Assembly: GCA_030295235.1 (NCBI GenBank)
Contig: AP026162.1
Span: 558,001-622,000 of the forward strand
DNA: 64,000 nucleotides
Reading direction: 5' to 3'
Source: Fistulifera solaris
Lineage: Eukaryota
In this document: positions 46,133-57,174 of the stretch, piece after piece
Numbering within the stretch: the first letter of the stretch is position 1
Layout of the letters: each line of letters starts with the position of its first letter
Position numbers and translations under genes: made by a program
Notes under the pieces: generated by a model
Databases searched by the model: none
What the model was told of the DNA's origin: nothing
Seen by the model: the letters and a program-made list of their open reading frames with translations, nothing else

Positions 46133-49100
46133 CTATCCTAGCACGTTGTACTTATGAGAAGCAGCACTACTGGAAGATTTGGCTCCGACTCGCAGTGTTT
46201 CCTCATTCAAAATTCGTTGAATCTCAAGAGCGCATTTCTTGACGCTCTGCTCGCTAGCAGCTTCCAGATGGAGATACAGTCGCCGTTCGCCTTCTTTTGG
46301 CTCCTTTCCGGGTGGATAGTACGAACCTTTGAGCGTAACTGCAGTACGGAATTCATCCTGTAGTCTCGATGTCGTATCTTTCTGGGTTACTTTCCAGCGC
46401 GCTTCTCGTGGATAATCATTGATCTCGAATTCTTGCAACCAATGATCGTCTCCCAGTCGTACGGGGGCGCCTAAATAACCGTTCTTCTCGCTACTATCAG
46501 CATCTTCAGCCGGCAAAATTCCGGCCTTTCGAAGAAGCGCTTCTTTCATGCCCGGTAGAGCAAGCAACTCGGGAGTAAGATTGTCCGGAATTTCAATGTC
46601 CTTCTTTTCGACTGATTTTGCATCTCCCGTTTTCCCTTTTCCTTGTTCGACTTCCGGCCGGCTGGATATCGCATCAGAAATTTCAGACATCAGCGGGTCT
46701 TCATCCTCAGGATCTAGAAGACCAGCTTCAATCAATGCCTGTCGTTTTTCTAAGTGGGCCATCTTTTGAGCTTCAGTCATCTCACTGGCATCGTACGTGT
46801 AGCCTCGTCCTTTGAAACCACTACCAGCGTATCTTGCCTCTCCTCGCTCGACCTTTGCTTTGTACTCGTCCGACAATTTCTTGAGATCGGGGCTAATTCT
46901 TTCTGATTGCCCTGCTTCACTCAAAGCGCGAACAATGGTTGGCGCGTATTTAGCCCTCATCCGTTGAATTCACAAATGTGTAGCATACACCCTTATTATT
47001 AGCTCGGCCTGTTCTTCCAGCTTGGTGCACATAAGCTTCTAAGTGACTAGGAGCCGAATAATTCACGACACATGAACACGCTGGCACGTCAAGACCTCTT
47101 CCTGCTACTCCAGTCGCTACCAAAACGTTTGCACCATCCCGTTGCTTGAAATCAGAGATGGTCGAGTCGCGATCTTCTTGTTCTTTCCCTCCATGCAAAG
47201 AAAGCGCCATATAGCCGTTGCGTAAGAGCTGCTCAAATAAACTGTCAGCCCGAACTTGAGTATCAACAAAAACTATCGCCTTCTTTGTGCCTTCCACCTG
47301 TTCGCCCAATATTTGCAGCAGTCTCAGAAACTTATCGTCTTCTTCTACCAGTTCCGCATATTGAGTGACACTATCCGACGCAATAGATCGACCCCCAACG
47401 ACGACCTCAACAGGATACTTCAATGACTTTCGCGCTAAATTCTCGATCGCTTTCGGGAAAGTAGCGGAGAACAAGACAGTCTGTTTGTCGGGACGAATCG
47501 CACCTAAGATGGCACTAATTTGAGGGGCAAATCCCATATCATACATTCGATCGGCTTCATCCATGACGCAAAAGTGACTCTTTGCAGCGATAGGATTTTG
47601 CCCGACTGCATGGTGAGAATATCAATCAACCGACCTGGAGTGGCGACAACAATATGGGCTCCACGCTTCAAGTCCCCGATTTGCTCCGCAACACCAGCTC
47701 CACCGTAAACTGCTGTTGATCTGATGATCGTCAAAGTAACAAAGAAACGGCAATGTTAGAATCGAAAGATATTAAAAATATATAATCATTTCCAGCATTT
47801 TACCCTCGGTTGATTGCTGGAAATAGGTGATTATTCAACATCGCGCCCAGTTAGCGACTTCACAAAAGAAATAATCAATGAGAAAAAGTACTTACTTGAG
47901 TCCAAGCGGCTTGGCAAACTTCTTGTTCACCACGTAAATTTGATAGGCAAGCTCTCGGGCTGGCGCCAAAATTAACCCAATAGGACCCGATTCCTGCGGT
48001 CCCAATGGTGGTTGGACAAGGATATGGCGTAACATAGGAAGGAGGTAGGCCAGGGTCTTACCACTGCCCGTTTTGGCGATTCCTATCACATCTCGACCAG
48101 CCATTATACAAGGAATACACTGCGCCTGTACCGGATAGGGCTCCAAAATCTTTTGCGCAGCGAGAATTTCAATGATTTTTTCCGAGAGACCACACTCCGC
48201 AAAAGTACGAACCGGTGCCGGAGCACCGCTGCCTCGAACGCGGACTTTTAACTTGGCTCGCAAATTAAGCACATCATCATTTGTGAGATTTGCCAGCGAT
48301 CTCGGGACGCGATACAAATTCTTTTGAAACGGCAAATAGTCCACCTTTGAATGATCGATAGACTTGAGTTCCTTTTTCTTATTCAATTCCGCCAAAACAG
48401 TCAGAGCGTCCGGTGCAGCCATAGCAGCCTGCAGATTTCGCTCCGCTTCTTCCATTATACCATCCTCTGTTTCACCGACATACAAACGTCCAACTTCGGG
48501 ATTTTCTGCAGTGACAGCCGATTTTCTAGCCTGATTCGCTTCGTTCTCCAATTGTCGCAATCGTTCTTCGCGACGCGTCTTTTCGCTTCTGACTTCTTCG
48601 GCCGTTTGTGCTGGACGCGATACTTCAACGAATTCTTCTTCGCCACTGGGCACTGGGGCTGCCTTGAGGGCATCGATCAATGCTCGTCGTGCTTCTTCCT
48701 CATTTTCATCGTCTGTGTCCGATGGAGCATCACTCAACCAATCTTTTGGCTGGTAGAGGGGTTTCGAGTGGTCCTCCGAAACATCACTTGCGGCTCGACT
48801 TTTTCGTTGTTGCATTTTCATAATGTCTTCTGCAGTAATAGCCGTCCCCGATGTATGAGCGACTGGTACTTTGTGTTTTCTCCGCATCATAGAACCAGAC
48901 GCATCAATGGATAATGTGGCCTCATCTCCTTTTGCAGAAATATTCATCGACTCACTTGAAGAAAGTTTGTCCATAAATTGATCTAGTAAGTCTTTTGATG
49001 ACTTATCCCATCTTCCATCGGTAGTCTTGGTGCGTTTGGGCTCCGGAGGTGCATTGAAGTCCACCAGCAAGTCGACGGGACGTTTCGAACGCGTATCCAC

Positions 49101-49303
49101 CGCCTGTTCGTCTTCGGAATCACTTTCGTTGAAAAAGGATTAATCGGCTTCTTGACCGAAAGTATTTCAGCTTTCTTGGCCGGAATTTTCGCAACGTTCA
49201 AAGATAAAGACACTTTCGTTACCGGAGCCTGCGATTGCTTGCGACGCCATTGCTCCAAGCGCTTTCTTTTGCGTTCTTCCGCCGATAACTCTTCAGATTG
49301 CAT
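46133..49303 (-). CDS. PRP5: DEAD-box splicing helicase PRP5/DDX46; intron ~47721-47896 and several frameshifts
   Basis: [52 protein letters not shown] and C-terminal [16 protein letters not shown]-like domain. Confidence 0.93.
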
Positions 49304-50017
49304 CCCTTTTCAGACACTCAAGGACAACGAATCTGTAATTTTAGTTTATTTGTGAAAGTACCTGGTATGCTCAAAGGAAACAATACTGGTTATACTGGTT
49401 ATAACGCATTCCGTCTTCTTTCATCAGTTCGTTGGCGGCCGACGATATTACTCCGTATTTTTTCGCGCCGCACACTAGTCTACCAGTTGCCGATACGACA
49501 ACAAACGTTGACTGCCATGTTACTATAGCGTCAAGTGTTGGTTTAAGCACCATGATCCACGACTAGATTTCGGTCACGACCCACATAAGTAAGGCTAAGA
49601 CGACAACCAACAGGGCCACATATGGTAGCGTGAAATGTTGAAATAGATGCAATGGCGTTGATGGTATTTCTACTAGTCTATCTACCACTTTATTCGAAGC
49701 ATCTTCTCGATTCTTTGCCTCGTAAAGCTTCCGGATCGTTCATTACCGCTTTGAGTATAAACTCAAAGTGTATTTTACATTTATCACGACTGGATTTCAG
49801 TCACGAACTAACTACCGAAAACAAAGGATCTACGGAGTATAGTAGTCTACCTGGTACGCAAGATGCAAAAAACCATTAACCCAGATGTGAAGTTGTAGGA
49901 AAACGATTTCGATGGATTTTTCGACATTCAGATCCGAGGTGATTGCAAATAATAATGCTGCATGACTCTAGAAGGCATTTATGGTAAATCTACCAGGAAC
50001 ATTTAGCTGAAAGGTGG

Positions 50018-52776
50018 CTACTTCCTATCGTATCCCTTTGCACTACTTGGGCCTTTTCCCAAGTGTGCGAGGTGTTTCAAAAGACCATTTGTTTTGCCGG
50101 CTTCATTCGTTTCTACCTTCGGATCAGTAGGCACAGCAACGTATTTCTTGTCCTGCAAGAGAAAGCTACATGAGACGACACTACAATAATTACAAGATAT
50201 TGGCAACTCGAGAATACTTACCCAGTTCATGTACCCTCGACAATCCTTAGCACCGCAGTAGCATGGAATTCTTTTCTTCTCATCAAATTCCAGTGGAAAT
50301 TTGTAATCGTAGCACAGTTCTTCTCCAGCCCTGATGGTACGCTTAGCATAGATCACAATCCTCTTACTTCCATCTAAAGTAATAATTTTCGTGTGGCAGT
50401 TTGGTTCGCAGCTTGCGTTTATGAAACGTGCAACGCATCCCAGCTTCGTTGCGTCGCAAACTGTAGTGGCGTCAATGCGAAACATGTAATCGCTACCGAT
50501 ATTTGCTGCTTCGTATTCTACTTCCCGCTTCTCTGCAATTGAATTGCCAATAATTTCGCCTCTGTACTCGAGAATCATTTCTCCTGCAGCAATATCCTCG
50601 TCTGCAAATACACCCCATGCATGTATACCACTCCGATCAAAACGAAGCTGAGGCTCTCGGCACGCTAGAGTGTCGATATTCAGCGCAGTGGATGATCCGA
50701 GAGAAGCCACACTTTTATCACCCTTCGTTGATTGGCACGCGCAGCACGCCCACTCGTGGTCTTCTCCTCCTTTTCCAAGTCACCACCACCTTTCTCGTCG
50801 TCCTTTTCTCGTAGACTGCGCGGTTTATCTCTTCGTGTTTCATTAGTACTAAAGCCGTCCCTCTTTTTTATTCTGCTTCTATCATATGGTGTGAAGCGGG
50901 CACAAGTCGCCTGGAAAACTGAAAAATCTTCTTGTGTTTTTGTCGAATCAGTTTTGTTGGAGACAATGCCATTTACAATACCACTCAAGCGCCTTTTCTT
51001 GTTCTTTGACTCGTTGCCTGCGTGCGTTGCAATGTCCTTTGGAGGTCTTCCGGGAGCTGCACGCTTGATTTTCGATGGCCCCTTCGGCCTGATTTTCATA
51101 GATACGCTGCCCCTCGCAACCGGAATGGTAGAAGGAGAAATATTCGGTGGACTGAAATCAACTATACCAAGTTCGTCGATGGTGTGATATATATGCGAGA
51201 ATATACTGTTCCCACGCGATGTACCACTTAAATCCTCTATGCGTGAGCTCATCTCAGCCTCCCAGCCCTTCGATCGATCACCAAGACAACTTCGGCACTC
51301 GCACTTCTCAATATGAGAAAGAGCACCATTCCCGGTAATAACCAGCTCGCTAATACAGATTTGACATAGCCACAACTCATTTCCTCCTCTTTGCCACGAT
51401 TTATCACCACATTGATCATGCGAAATGATCCGACGACAGCGATGACATGATGGACATGACTTCAACACTGACTCTTCCGCACTGAATGATGATGGACGGT
51501 AGACGTTATTAGCTTGTGAGTACGAGTGGGATACAAACAACGCGGACAAAATGTCATTTGAATCCGACTGTCCTGCCTCTGAAGCACCGCATGTCGTGTG
51601 AAGATTTTTGCTGATGATAATTAAATGTTCCACTGGTACTTTCAGTAAATACTGGCGGTCCCAGTCTTGATAGGCTGACAATGCTTGGTCCTGCGAGAGT
51701 CTCCCTGAGCACGTTTGCTCGGGAAGAAATATTCTTTGAAGCGTTACCATGGCAAGAGTTGAGGTAGCACTTCCATTCGTTGGTGTATTTGACCGTGTAG
51801 GTTCCACCTTAACGACTTCCGCACAAACTCCAGCACACAGCGATTCAGCGTCAAAAGGTCCTTTTCTTGTTCCATTGTCGCTGAAAGCAGCGTTTCATGA
51901 TATCGACTAGCTACCCATTGAAAGTTGATTGTTTGTTGATCAGCTGAATCATTACCGTCACCCAGATACCGAGCAGCCGTAGATATCGTCGCTTTGCTCT
52001 TGCGCCGTTCTTTTGTTATATTCTCGGACTGAATATACTCGTTGTCACTCTTTGAACTTGTTGCTGCTGGCCGATGAAATAGTTTTGTCGGAACAAGCTT
52101 TTGTATATCCCATCTGGCAAATTTCGCCGAATCTAACTCCGGATTGGGTTGATACTCCATCCACCAAGGTTTCATGAGATTGACGATGACACTGACGGTA
52201 TCCTTTCCTCGTATTATCTCTTCAAGTTGTTGTTTCTTTGTTTTCTCACCCGTTTCCAGCCCTTCGAATCCATTTGGCAGGAATGAAAATCGCCCCGCGT
52301 TCTTTTTTATCAATGAGGAGCTCAACAGTAAAGCTCCGTTTTGTCCCCCGCAATTGTTGTTCCCCGTAGTCTACCAGTCGTATTATTTCACCCTCTAGTA
52401 ATTTGTTCTTGCTTTTCGGATTATCTGGTGCTCTCGGAAAGAAACATCGTATTCGCTTTCCTATCAATGTCAAGCCTTCATCCCGCCCGATGCAAGGTTT
52501 CGTCCAGATCCATGTGAATGCATCATCCCAAGCAATGGATTGTAATAACGAAGCTTCTTCTCCGTTTTCGTTAGACGGTCGTCGTACTACCGATATTCGA
52601 CACTGTTGCACTTCCGGTCGAAGTCGGAGGGCAACCACACACCCTGTTTGAATACGAAACGGTCCAGTCCGTTTCCGCTTCTTTACGGGCACCACTGCTT
52701 CGGCCGTAGTTGCTTTGACAGGTTGTTCCGCATCATCTGTTTTACGGGGGATTTTCCAAGAGCCGTTCGATGTCAT
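50018..52776 (-). CDS. SET1-like histone H3K4 methyltransferase; intron 50153-50221 and frameshifts near 52305, 51800 and 50715
   Basis: RSGIHAWGVFA, EYRGEII, YMFRID, ARFINASCEPNC, EELCYDYKF and post-SET CYCGAKDCRGYMN; upstream CARFTPY and RAARANQRR n-SET-like segments. Confidence 0.85.
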
Positions 52777-53009
52777 GATTGCACTGTAGATGACGCTTTT
52801 CCGGAACCCTTGGTTTACAATGACGAGTGTTTCATGACGGCTCGTGTTATACTTATGAACCTTAAAAACAAGCGAGGGAATTTGTAGTAAACGATGTTCT
52901 GTCTCCGGACTTTCAATTAGCGTTGAAATGTTTTCTATTGAAAAATTAATGAAAGGATGTTCCTTGTTTGCAATCAATAGGCAACAACAAGAAGAAAGTT
53001 GCACCGCCG

Positions 53010-53605
53010 TTGGTAGGATCCCCAACGCCGTGTCCAGACTATTTTCGAAACGTTTACAGCATTTCGGTACGATCGAAAAAAACTGGTCCAGAATTTCTGG
53101 AGCACAACAGAATTTCTGTTTGACCAGAAATGACTCATCTAGAATTCCAGAATTTCTGGAATGTCCACTTCCTTTCGTTATCATCAAAACACCGCGTCCA
53201 GAAGTTCCTTGAGCGTGCACAGCATTTCGGAAGGATCCCAAACACCGTGTCCAGACTGTTTTGGAACGTTTTTAGCATATCGGTAGGATCGAAAAAATCT
53301 GGTCCAGAATTTACCAGAAATGACTCATCTAAAATTCCAGAATTTCTGGAGTGTGCACTATCTTTCGTTATCATCAAAACACCGCGTCCAGAAGTTCCTT
53401 GAGCGTGCACAGCATTTCGGAAGGATCCCAAACACGGTGTCCAGACTGTTTTGGAACGTTTTTAGCATTTCGGTAGGATCGAAAAATCTGGTCCAGAATT
53501 TCTGGACCACTACAGAATTTCTGTTTGAACGGAAATGAGGCGTCCAGAATTCTGGAATGTGCACTATCTTTCGTTATCATCAAAACACCGCGTCCAAAAG
53601 CTTTC
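53010..53605. repeat. Family A repeat array, second locus (units of 217, 190 and ~185 bp)
   Basis: GGATCCCAA recurs at 53016, 53233 and 53423, with multiple TCCAGAATTTCTGGA palindromes. 53487-53528 matches 2011-2053 at 40 of 43 positions. Confidence 0.93.
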
Positions 53606-53972
53606 CTACACAATCCTAAAAATTTATTCCTAATTTCCTAAAGTCCGAATGGATTTTTGACATTCGAATGCATTTTCCACTGGTTTTGTTCTCTTCTATC
53701 ACAAATCATTTTTTCTGCTTGAACGTGTTTTTCGTCCCCACAATACACGTCTGGCGCGCCCAGGCGGGAATGTGCTATCGTGACGGCTGGATGACAAACA
53801 TCATTATTTATTTTATTCAAAAACGTTATCTAATCTTTATCTGTTTAATGTCATGACTGATTTGATTGCCTGGTCGATGCAAATTGTTCTTTGCCCGCAG
53901 TATTCTGTCTACATCAGCTTTGCGATTGAAATGCTGCTTGTGTAAAAACACACTCAAACTAAGACTCCGATG

Positions 53973-55057
53973 TCATAAATTGTTCGATTCTTGCGCACGC
54001 TTTTCCAGTGCTAGCAACCGGGCTTGTCTGGCTTCCGCAGCCGAAGTTGTCCCACGTCTCGTAGCTCCACCCAATGTTCTTCCCGGACCCACCGGATTGT
54101 TAGTCGTTGACGACGAGGAGGAAATGGAGTTTTCGTGGCCATCTTCAACCGACCTGGACTGGCCAAACAATGGTAGCCTCTGCAAAAGAGATTTTCAGAG
54201 TCATAATAAGAAACGAAAAAAACATCAATAATGGAACGACGAAGACCTACCATTCCGACAGCGTCCGTTTCGTTCCAGGCGCCTGATCCGGCGGCTGCAT
54301 GACCCGAAATCCAGCCTGGACGATTCGTCCAGTCATTCAGATATTTGTCTTCCCAAGCTTTTGCAGTAACACTATCTATTAACAAATATCGATCTAGCTT
54401 TTGACCGATAGCAGAAGTGTCCTCGCCATTGCTCGCAAAACCGAGTGCATACCCCAAACCCAAGGATATGCCTTGCCCCATCAACAATCCTTGCCCCATC
54501 AGCACAAACAGCAAATATAGCGAAAACGGAAAGTAAAGTACAGGAACGTCTACGACAAACAGTCTGCGTGTCGATCCTCGTGGTGCGCGGACGCATTCCA
54601 TGGAAAGAGTACCGAAAAGAATGATCCAAATTCCCGAAGAATCTTGAAACAGAAATGAAGTTTTACCGAAGAGAACGTACAACGTGAATGATACCGCAAT
54701 GAATAGTAAATTGGTCAGAGTGCCCATCATCAGACACAGCCAAGCAAACGAAGTTGACCCTAAGCTTTGCTCCAGCCGCTTTCCATGGTCTTGAAACGAC
54801 CAAAAGGCGAGAATCAAAGCAAATAAACTTGAGTTCACCAGAGGACTCAACAAAATTCGATAGATCTCGAACCGCAGTATGGAGAAATGGGGTATATTTC
54901 CGAGTGCGTAATGTGGATCAAAGAACCAGGAGACGATGTAGGAGACGGCCTGAACGATGAGAATGGTCCGCGTCACAAAGGGCGTGGATTGTGAAAACTG
55001 TTCGTACGCCTGTAAAGCAGGATTGCTAGGCGGGGGTTCGCCATGGCTATTCTGCAT
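53973..55057 (-). CDS. Rhomboid-superfamily membrane protein, probably a pseudoprotease; intron 54180-54250
   Basis: TPFVTR, FEIYRILLSPL and GKRLEQSLGS (rhomboid/Derlin-like L1 region), multiple TMs, C-terminal PGRTLGG and RQARLLALEKR. Confidence 0.75.
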
Positions 55058-55157
55058 TCTTTTTCTAAATTGTTCGCCAATGATAATAATAACAACAGGG
55101 GGCCGTAAATTTATGATCAAGTGCAATACTTTCTTATTGTTTATTACGGAGTACGAC

Positions 55158-55690
55158 GTTGACATCTGAGCACTTTTGAAAAACACAACATCCGGGTATC
55201 CCTGCAGAGATAAATTTCCTACGGCGGCCACGTAAACTACGCGTAGACATTCGAAGCGTTGCATCTTTTACTGTTTCATGTTTCACAGTCCAATCAAGTT
55301 AGATTATTGTTTGATGGCTCGCATAAGCGATGTTGGGCAAAGTCTTGTTGACATTGGTGTCCAAAGACGCGAAAAATGGTGTGATCGAAATTGAGTAATA
55401 TCCGGGTTGTCCCTCTGTCGATAAATTTCCTACGAGAGCTACGTGAAACAGCGTAGACATTCGAAGCGTTGCATCATTCGTCATGTTCGTTCGATCAACA
55501 TTTTGTTTTCTAATCAATGACAATTATTGCTTTCTGATACGAAGAAAATACGGTGGACATGGAAACATTGACATCTGGGCGCTTTGAATCCAAGAATTGG
55601 AGGATGAAAAACACAACATCCGGGTACCCATGCAGAGATAAATTTCCTACGGCAGCTACGTGAAAGTTATGTAGACAACTGAAGCGTCTG
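55158..55690. repeat. Family B repeat, second locus, three copies (periods 210 and 218 bp)
   Basis: CCGGGT..CC.TGCAGAGATAAATTTCCTACGGC.GC.ACGT.AA...GTAGAC cores at 55192, 55402 (more diverged) and 55620. Confidence 0.93.
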
Positions 55691-55863
55691 TAGTTGGTAC
55701 GCATTGAAAAGAAAGCCGCCAAAGCCAAAAATGGGGCAACAAGAATAACGACGATACATGTACCAGCTACCGGTAGGTCTCACCATTTATTGCATTTATC
55801 GTTATACGTCAAACGAACTTCAGAAACAACTCAATAGTCTACTTGCATTGATTGAGGAAAAGA

Positions 55864-56553
55864 ATGGCGCGTCCAGCAGAGAAAGCTCGAGCCATGCTCA
55901 ATAAATGGGTCGCCATGCGTGAAGCCGGCAATGTCGACCCGGCGATGCGACGCAACCGCAAACGACCGAATCTTGCTTCGGAGTGTGAGCACTTAGCGGA
56001 CGCCGAGCGATTTCGGAGTCAGATTGTCAGAGAAATTTCCGATAAAATTGCCAAGATTCAAAATCCGGCTCTTGGAGAACATGAGATTCGTGAATTGAAC
56101 GACGAAATCAATCAGAAGCTTCGTGAGAAATGGCACTGGAACAAGCGTATACACGAACTAGGCGGTCTGGATTTCAATGCGATTGAAAGAAAGCGCCAAA
56201 TTGAAGAAGGAGACACTCAATTGAGTGGATACCGATATTTTGGAGCTGCGAAAGATCTGCCCGGAGTAAAAGAATTGCTCGAAAAGCAAAAAGCAAAGGA
56301 GCAAAAGCGTAGTATTGGAGACGTATACAAGCGTATTCCACCAGATTATTACGGATGGAGGGATGAGGAGGACGGAGTTCTTTTGAAACTTGAAGAAATT
56401 GCGTCGCGAAAGTTGGGTGCGAAAAAGCCACGTGGTGATATTGATGCGTTAATTGGAGATGTAGACTACATCGATGTACCCACCCCAGACGAAATCGCTG
56501 CGGCTTTGTTGGAATATAAGAAGAAAGCTTTGCTTGAAAAGTATTCGTTGTAA
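55864..56553 (+). CDS. ISY1: Pre-mRNA splicing factor ISY1
   Basis: MARPAEKARAMLNKW, KIQNPALGEHEIRELNDEIN, YRYFGAAKDLPGVKEL and PDYYGWRDEEDG. Confidence 0.96.
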   Translation: MARPAEKARAMLNKWVAMREAGNVDPAMRRNRKRPNLASECEHLADAERFRSQIVREISDKIAKIQNPALGEHEIRELNDEINQKLREKWHWNKRIHELGGLDFNAIERKRQIEEGDTQLSGYRYFGAAKDLPGVKELLEKQKAKEQKRSIGDVYKRIPPDYYGWRDEEDGVLLKLEEIASRKLGAKKPRGDIDALIGDVDYIDVPTPDEIAAALLEYKKKALLEKYSL

Positions 56554-57174
56554 ATTCCTCGAGAAATGGACGCGCGCTGAGTGACAAGCCGCTGATTCCA
56601 TAGTAAGAATTAGCGAACTTTAAAGACGCAATCTTTTGCTTTGTAGGAATATAAGTGATAAAGATGGAAGAGTTGGTGCTTTCTCAGTCACTGATCGCTG
56701 CTGGAAGCTTCGTGTTATTGTCTAGCTGTTACCTGGTATGCACATATCGAAAATAGGTGCCATCATTTTGCAGCTTTTCGCCGGAGATCATTGTCGCATT
56801 TATCGCAACTAAATATGCTACATGCTCCTAAGCACTTACATTTATCGTAGTAGTAAGATTTATCGTCGACTAGACTATTCCAAGTGGAGATGTATATTGG
56901 CATTGTTGCTAATTTTCATGACTCATGAATTCGTGACTTGCTGCAGTCACGGTCACGGTCGCGGATATTCTTCGTGTTCTCGTCGTTATTTTTTGTTTTT
57001 ATTGTGCGCTTCCACCCCATCGAGGGCTTTGCTTATCACTTGTATGAAGACTGCATGGCAATCATACAATACAAGTCTTCCAAAGAAAAAACTTCGCAAT
57101 TAAAGTTGACGTTCGTGCCGCAGGCTCATCTTGCGATCCGGTGCGATTTTTGTCTCTAATCCGCTGAGTTTGAC

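Noticed and set aside
52777..53241. N-terminal extension of ORF 52246..53241 into the repeat array
   Set aside because: The upstream part is repeat-derived translation; the plausible start is ATG 52776 (MTSNGSWKIP).
55058..55264. Shared peptide VAAVGNLSLQG in ORFs at 19.9-20.3 kb and 55.2-55.7 kb
   Set aside because: It is the reverse-strand translation of the family B DNA core. The flanking frames are not conserved, so there is no evidence of a protein domain.
49359..56742. Recurrent TACCTGGTA(T/C)GC in intergenic DNA (~49359, ~49848, ~56730), reminiscent of the U1 snRNA 5' end
   Set aside because: No U1 stem-loops or Sm site follow, and the match is too short to call.
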